DNA from: Oligoflexus sp.
GTDB taxonomy: Bacteria > Bdellovibrionota_B > Oligoflexia > Oligoflexales > Oligoflexaceae
Assembly: GCA_041736305.1 (NCBI GenBank)
Contig: JBGSTX010000127.1
Location: forward strand, 1 to 26,185
Direction: 5' to 3'
Length of the DNA: 26,185 bases
The translations under genes and the position numbers were made by a program. The notes below the pieces were generated by a model. The model searched no databases and was not told the origin of the DNA. It saw only the letters and a list, made by a program, of their open reading frames with translations. Shown piece after piece: positions 1 to 8,478 of the stretch. Positions within the stretch are counted from its first letter, which is position 1. Every line of letters starts with the position of its first letter.

Positions 1-93
1 ATAGGTCGACCGTTTTCCCACTTGTCTGTTCTTGCTCGCCCGCTTTAAGTTAAATCTGAGTTAAGCGACAGGTACCGTGAAACAGGGGGGGAG

Positions 94-2043
94 CTGGATC
101 ACAAACGCCAGAAGCTGGAGCGGCAGCTACAGGCCATCGTCACTAACGCTCCCGTTATTGTCTTCACCACGGATGCTTCAGGAATCGTTACTCATACTGA
201 TGGCAAAGGTTTGGATGCGCTAGGGTTGAAGCCAGGCGACACAGTCGGTCAGTCAGCCTTTGAAATTTACAAAGACATCGAATGGATCGAGCAAAGTCTG
301 CGGAGGGGGCTGAAAGGAGAGAGCTTTACAACTCAGGGCTACATAGGTCCCTTGTTTTTTGAAACCCATATGGCGCCTTTCCAGGAGCATGAAGGCCGGC
401 CTATGGGAATGATTGGCCTCGTGATCGATCACTCGCTAGAACGGAAAGCCGAAGAGGAGCGCTCTCATTCTTTTGCCCGAGAGCAGGCGGCCCTTGCCGC
501 GTCGCGTCTCAAATCTGAATTTCTCGCCAACATGAGCCACGAGATCCGGACTCCCATACATGGTGTTTTAGGGATGACTGGTCTGCTCCTCGACACCACG
601 CTCAACAGCCAGTAGCGGGAATATGCTGAAGCGGCGAAACGCTCGGGTGAGGCTTTGCTGTCGATTATTAACGATATCCTCGACTTTTCAAAAATAGAAG
701 CCGGCCGATTGGACTTCGATGAAGTCAGTTTTCATCTTCAACAGGCTGTAGACGACGTGATGCTCACAGTTGGGCACACAGCCGCCGTAAAAAACCTGCA
801 GATAAATGCCCACTTGGCGCCGGATCTTCCCCCATATCTCTTGGGTGACGCAGGTCGCTTGCGTCAAATACTGACAAACTTGCTCAGTAATGCCGTAAAA
901 TTCACTCAAAAGGGATCGATAGCTATTCGCGTGACGCGTGTGGACGAAGTCGCTGCCAAGATTCTGCTGCTCTTTGAGATCGAAGATTCTGGAGTTGGGA
1001 TTCCACAGAAGTCTATCGGCCGCCTTTTCAAACCTTTTTCGCAGGCTGATGCTTCGACGAGCCGGGTCTTCGGAGGTACGGGACTTGGCCTCTCCATTTC
1101 TAAGTATTTAGTTGAACGAATGGGCGGCACGATCGGCGTCAGTAGTACTGAAGGTAAAGGATCAACATTCTGGTTTACCGTCCGACTGCCTCTAGCTGAG
1201 AAGTTTAACCATAAGGATGAAGAAAGCGAACAGCACTTCGCTTCACATCTGGGCAAGCTTGGTCCCGTTCGTATTTTAGTCGCTGAAGATCTGCCTATCA
1301 ATCAGGTGATCGCCAGCAAACTGCTGGAGAAAATGGGCTTTAGTGTAGAAATCGCGTCTAATGGCAAAGAAGCTGTCAAAGCTATGATCGAGCGTCCCTT
1401 CGATCTCATCCTCATGGATTGCCATATGCCGGAAATGGACGGCTATGATGCGACGAAAACTATTCGAAATCATCCTCAAATTAAGCATAGAGACATTCCT
1501 ATCATTGCGATGACGGCCAACGCTATGAAGGGAGATAGGGAAGATTGTCTGCGGGCAGGGATGAATGATTACCTTTCAAAGCCTATCAAGCCCAACACCC
1601 TTGGCCATACGATTAGCAAGTGGCTGCATCGCTCGAATGTCCTCGTCAAGACAGAAGTAGCGCCAGCTGCCGGGGAGAACGCTGCTGAGGTGATGCGTCA
1701 AGCTCTTGCAGAACTTCTGGAAAGCACGGGAAGCGAGCAAATCGTACAAGAACTTATTGGTCTACTGCTCTTGGATATCCCACGCACTCTCGAGACAATT
1801 CGTCGGGCACTCTCCCTGGAAGATTGGAAAGGGCTGGCATTTGCGGCTCATGCGCTCAAAGCTGGATCGGATAGTCTCGGGGCTCGGGAACTTGCGAGTA
1901 GCTGTCAACAGTTGGAAAGATTGGTCAAATCTATGGACACATCTGCAATTCCAGGAGCTGTCGAAGAATTTGCTAAAATAGCTGAGTCTACGATGAGCTA
2001 TTTAAAGAATGAAGATAAATCACCTTTGGCAAAAAGCGCTTAA
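94..2043 (+). pseudogene. Hybrid sensor histidine kinase/response regulator (PAS-HisKA-HATPase-REC-HPt) interrupted by an in-frame TAG at 613-615; start codon uncertain
   Basis: ORFs 211..615 and 655..2043 share a frame and read continuously across the stop: ...[62 protein letters not shown] box (NLLSNAVKFT), G boxes (DSGVGI, GGTGLGL), REC (ILMDCHMPEMDG) and HPt (AHALKAGS) are present. PAS-like sequence ([16 protein letters not shown]) extends upstream of 211, and the frame is open from 49. Confidence 0.85.
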
Positions 2044-2068
2044 AAATTTGCACGAAAAGGGAAAATAT

Positions 2069-4720
2069 ATGCCTCCGCTACTAGGTAGCCGAAAGCTACA
2101 AATTGCTTTTTCAACTGCCTTCTTTTCTCTGATAGTGATCGGTGTAGCCTCCTTTTGGAGCCTTCAACAAGCCACCGAAGACAGCGGCTGGGTCCGGCAT
2201 ACAAGCCAGGTCATCGGCAATATATCCAAGTTGGCCTCAGTTGAAAAAAAGATGGAACTGGCCCACCGTGCTTATATGCTTTCGGGAGAGAAAGAATTTC
2301 TAGATTCATATTCCCGCTCCCGCGCTGTGATGGAAACCATTGTCGACGAGACTGCTGAGCAGACTCGCGATAACCCAAGACAGCAGTTGCGCATAGCTAG
2401 TTTCAAGGAGGAACTCGAGCACGAAATGAAATTTTTCGAAAGCAGCTTTGCTCTCGTCAGTTCTGGACGTAGGGAGGAAGCTGCCAAACTGAACGAGCAG
2501 CATCTTGCAGGCAGACACGCTACTCGCAGCGATAGTTTACTCAGAGACATGTTTAAGGAAGAAGAACAGCTCCAAATCAAGCGCATGGAGCAGACAAAAA
2601 ATTCTACCCAAAGGGTTATGCTGATCATAGGCCTGGGCTTAGTCTTTGCCAGCATGCTTCTTGAATTCGCCAGAAGGTATATTATGCGTGAGCTGACGGC
2701 GCGCCTCGCGGCTGCAGCAGCGCTCAAGGAAAGCCAGGAACGGTTTATCCTCGTGTCGAGGGCGACCCGAGATACGGTTTGGGACTGGAACATTCTCAAC
2801 CAGGAGCTCTGGTGGAGCGAGGGTATTCAGAGCGAGTTTGGGTATCAGCCGAAGGATGTGGGTTCCGACATCAACTGGTGGGTCGAACGCATCCATCTAG
2901 GCGATATTGAGCGTGTTAACAAGGAAATTGAAGAGGTGATTGCCAATCCTAGTAGCAGTCATTGGGCAGGAGAGTATCGATTTAAGAAAAGTGATGGCAC
3001 CTATTGCCCAGTTTTTGATCGGGGTTTTGTGATAAGGGATTCTACTGGCAAAGCCGTGAGAATGCTGGGTTCCATCATGAATATGACCGAGCAGAGAAAT
3101 CTCTTGAACGAGCTGATAGAAGCACGGGAGAAAGCTATCGAAGCCTCTCACCTCAAATCCGAATTCCTGGCCAATATGAGTCATGAGATACGTACTCCTA
3201 TGAATGGCGTTATTGGGATGACAGGCCTCCTGCTCGATACGCCGCTCAACGCTGAACAGTTGGACTATGCGCACACGATTAGGGGCTGCGCCGACAGCTT
3301 ACTTACGGTCATCAACGACATTCTCGATTTTTCCAAGATCGAAGCCGGTAAGCTGAATATTGAGAAGTCCGAGTTTGAGCTACAAGAGATGGTCGAAGGT
3401 TGTATGGAGCTCCTGGCCCAGGAAGCCAATAAGAAAAACCTCGAGTTTCTTTGCTACATCGAACCGAGTCTACCACGTCTCGTGATAGGAGATTCCGGTC
3501 GTATTCGTCAGATGTTGACGAATCTTATCGGGAACGCTCTGAAGTTCACCGAAGCCGGCGAGGTCTTGGTGCAGATCAAAGCCGACCCACAGCTTATAGG
3601 CTCGATTCGCTTCGAAGTTATCGATACCGGTATAGGTATCTCCGATGAAAATCAGAAAAAGCTTTTCCAGGCTTTCACGCAAGCGGATGGTTCGACCGCC
3701 AGAAGATATGGAGGAACCGGACTAGGCTTGGCGATATCACGGCAGCTCGCCACTCTCATGGATGGTGCTATGGGTGTGAGCAGCAATTTAGGTAGGGGTT
3801 CAACCTTTTGGTTTACTCTGCCGCTCGCAGGAGTCGACAGTCACGGCCCACGTCTTTTCAGTGTACCCACCAGTCTCAGGGATCGCCGCTGCCTGGTCGT
3901 AGACGACAACGAAACCAATCGCCGCATAGTACTCGGTCAGGTGAAGTCTTGGGGGATGGCCGTGGACAGCGCGAGTTCGCCGTCTAACGCTCTCCAACTC
4001 ATGCGCGAAGCTGCGAAGCAAGGTACGCCCTATGATCTGGCCGTGCTCGACATGCATATGCCCGAGATGAGCGGTATCGAGTTGGCGGCTGAGATTCGGC
4101 GTGAGGCTGCTTTCTCTAGCGCCCAACTTATCTTGATGAGTTCGGTTTCGCATGCTTCATCGGTTTTTGAGCTGTCCCAGGGCAATATCTCAATGTCACT
4201 GACTAAGCCCGTACGACAATCGCATCTCTATAACTGCTTCATTGAAATCCTGTCTAAGCGAGAAGCTTCCGAGGCAGCTGAGCAAGCGGCGATGGATTTA
4301 TCGCGTCCGCTCATCCCTAGACCAGCTCGCGCAGCCCGTATCTTGATAGCAGAAGACAACCCGATAAATCAGAAGATTGCGCTCTTGCAGCTCGAGAAAC
4401 TTGGCTATCTCGCCGAAGCTGTCGGCAATGGCAAGGAAGTGCTCCAAGCCAGTGCTCAGATTAATTACGACCTTATACTCATGGATTGTCAAATGCCCGA
4501 ACTCGACGGCTACGAGGCGACTAGGCAGCTTCGCCAGAGAGAAGGATCAGCAAAGCATACGATCGTCATCGCGATGACGGCTAACGCCATCGCGGGTGAC
4601 CGAGAAAAATGTATGAACGCGGGGATGGATGATTACATCGGCAAGCCCGTAAATATCAAAGAACTCGAAAAAAAGCTCAATCTGTGGACGAGCAAGCTCA
4701 AGCCTTCGCAGGCATCGTGA
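2069..4720 (+). CDS. Membrane-bound hybrid histidine kinase (CHASE3-like periplasmic domain, PAS, HisKA, HATPase, two REC domains)
   Basis: Two TM helices flank a CHASE3-like region (WVRHTSQVI...RAYMLSGEKEFLDSY...DNPRQQ). PAS_3-like segment (DTVWDWNI...IHLGD...EYRF), H box SHEIRTP, two receivers (LDMHMP, MDCQMP). ATG 2069 after a purine-rich RBS is preferred over 2009, which would overlap the upstream gene. Confidence 0.93.
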   Translation: MPPLLGSRKLQIAFSTAFFSLIVIGVASFWSLQQATEDSGWVRHTSQVIGNISKLASVEKKMELAHRAYMLSGEKEFLDSYSRSRAVMETIVDETAEQTRDNPRQQLRIASFKEELEHEMKFFESSFALVSSGRREEAAKLNEQHLAGRHATRSDSLLRDMFKEEEQLQIKRMEQTKNSTQRVMLIIGLGLVFASMLLEFARRYIMRELTARLAAAAALKESQERFILVSRATRDTVWDWNILNQELWWSEGIQSEFGYQPKDVGSDINWWVERIHLGDIERVNKEIEEVIANPSSSHWAGEYRFKKSDGTYCPVFDRGFVIRDSTGKAVRMLGSIMNMTEQRNLLNELIEAREKAIEASHLKSEFLANMSHEIRTPMNGVIGMTGLLLDTPLNAEQLDYAHTIRGCADSLLTVINDILDFSKIEAGKLNIEKSEFELQEMVEGCMELLAQEANKKNLEFLCYIEPSLPRLVIGDSGRIRQMLTNLIGNALKFTEAGEVLVQIKADPQLIGSIRFEVIDTGIGISDENQKKLFQAFTQADGSTARRYGGTGLGLAISRQLATLMDGAMGVSSNLGRGSTFWFTLPLAGVDSHGPRLFSVPTSLRDRRCLVVDDNETNRRIVLGQVKSWGMAVDSASSPSNALQLMREAAKQGTPYDLAVLDMHMPEMSGIELAAEIRREAAFSSAQLILMSSVSHASSVFELSQGNISMSLTKPVRQSHLYNCFIEILSKREASEAAEQAAMDLSRPLIPRPARAARILIAEDNPINQKIALLQLEKLGYLAEAVGNGKEVLQASAQINYDLILMDCQMPELDGYEATRQLRQREGSAKHTIVIAMTANAIAGDREKCMNAGMDDYIGKPVNIKELEKKLNLWTSKLKPSQAS

Positions 4721-4726
4721 GGTCCG

Positions 4727-6499
4727 CTAGGCCAGTAAGCGAAGTCCAGCATCGATGAGATCGTTGGTATCGCTGCTTCTGGGAGTCTTAGGTTTTGCCA
4801 AGGCTATTCGCAAATCTTCCAGCCAGGATTCTGCTTGCAACGCAGGCGCCAGATGACTAAGCGCCAATTCGTATATCTCCAAAAGCAGCAGCCATTCGTC
4901 AGGACTTTGGCGAAGCACTTCAGCACTCAGTTGTTTGAGGTGGTAGGCGAGTTCGTGCTGGGTCTGCGTGGTTTTGTGCTGCTGCTCGCGGAGGTTGTGC
5001 AAGCTTTGGTAGTGAATAAAAAGTTCGAGTTCGGCCGCAGTGTAAGGGGTTTCCCGAGCCGGTGTAGTCGTTGCGGCACCGATCTCATGTTCGCCGTAGG
5101 CATCGCGATCAGCAGGTCCACCGTAGACTGAGGGTACGCTGTCGCCTATCAGCATATCGAACTCGCCCCACGAAGGCTCGAAGTAGACTTGGCTGCCCTT
5201 TTTCACCAGACAATCGCCAAAGGTGAGCATGGCCAGTTCCCCCTTGACCCGAAAAATATCGAGGACCCGGCCTTCGACTTGGAATCCCGAAACAAATCGC
5301 AGCGAAGTTCGCTGGCCTTTTACCAGCCCTAGCCGCTCGAGATCCTGTTCCGTTAAGCGGCTGAAGGGCCTCTCGCGAAAGAGCTCAAGACGTCCGAGCG
5401 GAGAGCTGAATCCCTCAGCGTGGCGATCGATTCCGTGGCCCTTTAACTCTCGATCGCCGAGACTGATCTGGACCAGGCCGGTGAACTTGATGAAGTCGAT
5501 CCTTTCGCCTTCGTGTTCGTAGTGACTAAGGCGTCCGGATACTCCTAGCTGCGTGTCGAGTCGGACGGTAGTAACGGCCTCACACTGTTTTGCTTTAGCC
5601 AGCGAGCTGACGCCGCCGACTTTATAGGCAAGCTGCGCATCGAGATCATGGAGGACGCTGTGCAGCTGCTGCATGTCTTCGGCTACAAAGAGCTGAGGCT
5701 GAGGCTCGGTGATGTCGTAAGAATATTTGATGCAGTCGACGGTCAATGGAATTTTTTTGACTTTATCCGTCATCGCCAGCTTCGCTTCACCTACCGAAGA
5801 AAGCAGGCCTGCGCCGTAAATTTTTGGATTTTTGAGGCTGCCGATGAGACCATATTCAGCGGTCCACCAACTCATCCTTGCGACTAAGGCTTGTTCGGAA
5901 ACGAAGGTGAAGCTCTTGGTCGAGGTCTGCAACTGGGCCTCAGCCTTTGCTATCAGCTCGGGGGTGCTCTCGGGCTTTTCTTTGATATCAGAGAGAAAGC
6001 GCACGGCTTCGTAATGCCGCAAATCTTCTTTGGAATAGATGGCTTTCGCGCCGAGTGAGGCATAATAGGCTAGATACTCGCTGTAAGCTGGATCGGGAAG
6101 AATAGGCGCATGACCGGCGGCTTCGTGAACGATATCGGGGGCAGGAGTATAAGCGATATGGTCGACCGTCCGCATATCGGTGGCGATAGGTAAGATACGT
6201 CGAGCCTGAAACTCGATGAAAGCCCAGGGCGGAATAAAACCGACGACGGGCACAGCACCCCAGCCAAAGTCCTGAAGAGCTCGATCTATTTCATCGATAT
6301 GCGGAATACGATCGACCTTGAGCCCGCTGCGGCCAAAGCCTTCGGCATAGGTGCTTACGGCGTGGTCTTTAAAAAAGGCATGGCTGCGACGCATGATATA
6401 CCGCCAAGCCGCGTGATCGCGCGGCGAGTATTTGGTCGTATCGTGTTCGAGACAGTAGCGACGAAGCGAACTGGGAAGATTGTCCAGTGTACGTTCCAT
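4727..6499 (-). CDS. phhA: Aromatic amino acid hydroxylase (long-form phenylalanine 4-monooxygenase, 590 aa)
   Basis: Biopterin-dependent hydroxylase motifs YTPAPDIVHEAAGHAPIL (Fe-binding His), WWTAEYGL, IYGAGLLSSVGE and YDITEPQPQLFV, plus a long C-terminal extension. Confidence 0.9.
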   Translation of the reverse strand: MERTLDNLPSSLRRYCLEHDTTKYSPRDHAAWRYIMRRSHAFFKDHAVSTYAEGFGRSGLKVDRIPHIDEIDRALQDFGWGAVPVVGFIPPWAFIEFQARRILPIATDMRTVDHIAYTPAPDIVHEAAGHAPILPDPAYSEYLAYYASLGAKAIYSKEDLRHYEAVRFLSDIKEKPESTPELIAKAEAQLQTSTKSFTFVSEQALVARMSWWTAEYGLIGSLKNPKIYGAGLLSSVGEAKLAMTDKVKKIPLTVDCIKYSYDITEPQPQLFVAEDMQQLHSVLHDLDAQLAYKVGGVSSLAKAKQCEAVTTVRLDTQLGVSGRLSHYEHEGERIDFIKFTGLVQISLGDRELKGHGIDRHAEGFSSPLGRLELFRERPFSRLTEQDLERLGLVKGQRTSLRFVSGFQVEGRVLDIFRVKGELAMLTFGDCLVKKGSQVYFEPSWGEFDMLIGDSVPSVYGGPADRDAYGEHEIGAATTTPARETPYTAAELELFIHYQSLHNLREQQHKTTQTQHELAYHLKQLSAEVLRQSPDEWLLLLEIYELALSHLAPALQAESWLEDLRIALAKPKTPRSSDTNDLIDAGLRLLA

Positions 6500-6592
6500 G
6501 TTTGAGCCCCTTTTTCTGCTTGCGGCTAAAGTCAGCCTGCTTAGATTCTCCTACTTTTACACAGAAAAGAGAGAAAAGACCACGGTCGGCCA

Positions 6593-7381
6593 TCAAGGAG
6601 AGACGCGCAGGGCCTCGATTCTATCGCGAAAGAGCTTAGCTTCAGCGGCTGGATCGCGGGCATAGATGATGGCCCGGCCGACATTGGCTATCGTGCGGGC
6701 GCCAAAGACCTTGAGAATAGGCGAAAGCTCTCCCCCTTGTGCACCGATGCCGGGGACTAAAACCAGTGATTCTGGCAGTCTCTTCGCTACGGCTTCGATC
6801 TCAGCTAGGCCGATGTGGTTCTGTAAGCTCGGTGCTCCTATTACCACTCCGGCCGCTTGGGCTAGAGCTGCTTGTTCGGCGAGGTAAAGATAGAGCGGCT
6901 GACCGTCGATTTCGGCATGCTTCATCAGAGCGTATTCTGGATTTGACATGAGGACCAGGACGATGAGACCCAGTCCATGCTTGTCGGCTTGAGCTCCAGC
7001 CTGGAGCGTGTTGCCGGGAAAAGGAGCATAGGTTATAGCGTCGAAACCTTCGCGCTGGGCCTGGTAGATGCCGGCATCGTTGGTCTCACCGATGTCGGCA
7101 AGCTTACTATCATCGATACTGAGCATGCCGGCTTCGTGTATGCGTGCGTTGATCTTCTGCATCGCGCTGCGGTCGATATCTTTGTAGTAGTTGCGGTTCA
7201 ATTTGATGGCAGCGGCATAGGGCGCAACCTGATCGATGAGGCGGAGAGTCCAGGCGGTCTTGTCTTCGCCTTCAGGGACGTACTGATCATTGCGTTGGGC
7301 TTTTTCGCCAGCATCTATTCCCACGCAAAGCAGGCTTTTTTTCTTCTCAACTGTCTTCAGCCAGTCTTCACGAAAGCCCAT
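6593..7381 (-). CDS. pyrF: Orotidine-5'-phosphate decarboxylase
   Basis: LCVGID, catalytic DSKLADIGET (DxKxxDIxxT), LVPGIGAQGG, NVGRAIIYA. ATG 7381 has GGAG 9 nt upstream and overlaps the end of pyrE. Confidence 0.92.
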   Translation of the reverse strand: MGFREDWLKTVEKKKSLLCVGIDAGEKAQRNDQYVPEGEDKTAWTLRLIDQVAPYAAAIKLNRNYYKDIDRSAMQKINARIHEAGMLSIDDSKLADIGETNDAGIYQAQREGFDAITYAPFPGNTLQAGAQADKHGLGLIVLVLMSNPEYALMKHAEIDGQPLYLYLAEQAALAQAAGVVIGAPSLQNHIGLAEIEAVAKRLPESLVLVPGIGAQGGELSPILKVFGARTIANVGRAIIYARDPAAEAKLFRDRIEALRVSP

Positions 7382-8057
7382 GGGCAAACTCTCCTGCTTT
7401 TAGTCCTAGTTCGTTTTCTAAAGCCTTTACAACTGTCGCGGGTGGTTTTTGCTGCGCGACGACAAGGCGGAGCAAATCTGGTGCACGGCTCAAGGCGTGA
7501 AAAGCAAAGTCTCGACCGTAGCGTTGTTTGAGATAGTCTGCGACGCTCAGACCATCGTCTCTGAGCTCACAGCGATCGGTGAGACAGATGACACCACGCA
7601 CGTCGATACCTGCTTCCCGCAGCTGATCGAGACACTGAATCAAGGAAAGGCCTGTAGTAATAGTGTCTTCGAGAACGTAGGTTGCGCCTTGTGGCTGGCC
7701 GATAAAAAAGCGATCAGCGGGGTCGCCGTGAGGCTTGGGTTTAGCACGGCCCATGGAAATGGTGTGTGAGCCGGGGCTAAACTTAGGGTCTAGTTTGGCG
7801 AGTTTAAAAGCTGTGATAAGCGCCGTTTTGCTAGCTCCTTCAGGAACGCCGTAAAGGGTGTCGAAGGTGAGGCCGGAAGACTCAATAAAACTCAGCAGAT
7901 AATCGCTCAGCTGATCGAGAAGATAGGCATCATTGGTAGCCCTGCGCCAGTTGACGTAGAAGTGGCTGTGACGACCGCTCTTCAAGACTAAGGGCTTTTC
8001 AAAGAAGCCGATGATACCCTCGTCGACAATAAACTGCGATATTGACTTGGTGGTCAT
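7368..8057 (-). CDS. pyrE: Orotate phosphoribosyltransferase
   Basis: LKSGRHSHFYVN, RAKPKPHG loop, PRPP-binding YVLEDTITTGLS, and adjacency to pyrF. ATG 8057 has better RBS spacing than the alternative at 8066. Confidence 0.85.
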   Translation of the reverse strand: MTTKSISQFIVDEGIIGFFEKPLVLKSGRHSHFYVNWRRATNDAYLLDQLSDYLLSFIESSGLTFDTLYGVPEGASKTALITAFKLAKLDPKFSPGSHTISMGRAKPKPHGDPADRFFIGQPQGATYVLEDTITTGLSLIQCLDQLREAGIDVRGVICLTDRCELRDDGLSVADYLKQRYGRDFAFHALSRAPDLLRLVVAQQKPPATVVKALENELGLKAGEFAHGLS

Positions 8058-8184
8058 TGTGATCATGCTCCCCGCGAATGTCGCCGGATACTAGCAAGAA
8101 GACATCGCGCTTGGATAGATTAATTGAGCTACGAGCGAGCCCATAATTCACAGGGGAGCTTTGGCAAAAATAGCATTTTTTTTC

Positions 8185-8216
8185 TTGACCTTCCTACTAT
8201 GGGAAGGTCGAAGAAT
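8185..8216 (+). promoter_or_regulatory. CueR/MerR-type copper-responsive promoter with dyad operator
   Basis: -35 TTGACC (8185-8190) overlaps the dyad GACCTTCC-N7-GGAAGGTC (8187-8209), matching the CueR box ACCTTCC-N7-GGAAGGT. Long 19-20 nt spacer to a -10-like AAGAAT (8211-8216). Lies directly upstream of copZ-copA. Confidence 0.88.
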
Positions 8217-8253
8217 AGAGAGTGTCTCAGTAATCCTAAGTAAGGAGCGTCTC

Positions 8254-8463
8254 ATGTATGAAATAAAGGTGGAAGGAATGACCTGTGGAGGATGCGTGCG
8301 AGCTGTGACTCAAGCTCTGCAGACTCTCGACCCTCTGGCGCAGGTAAAAGTGGATCTCAGTACCCAAAAGATTGACATTCACAGCAAGAAGGATCAGGAG
8401 AGCATTAAAGAGGCGATTGAAGATGCGGGATTTTCGGTTCTGAGCACCCAGAAACGCGACTGA
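8254..8463 (+). CDS. copZ: Heavy-metal-associated (HMA) copper chaperone, 69 aa
   Basis: MYEIKVEGMTCGGCV...AIEDAGF HMA signature. RBS TAAGGAG precedes ATG 8254; the ORF-track start at 8161 runs through the promoter. Confidence 0.9.
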   Translation: MYEIKVEGMTCGGCVRAVTQALQTLDPLAQVKVDLSTQKIDIHSKKDQESIKEAIEDAGFSVLSTQKRD

Positions 8464-8478
8464 TACAAAGGAGGCGTT

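Noticed and set aside
613-615. Pyrrolysine insertion or amber recoding
   Set aside because: The site corresponds to Gln in the paralogue, TAG is a normal stop elsewhere in the window, and no pyl genes are visible.
508-3350. DNA similarity between the two HisKA regions as a repeat
   Set aside because: It reflects protein-level conservation, with many synonymous differences.
8161-8253. N-terminal extension of CopZ
   Set aside because: It translates the promoter/operator; a strong RBS precedes ATG 8254.
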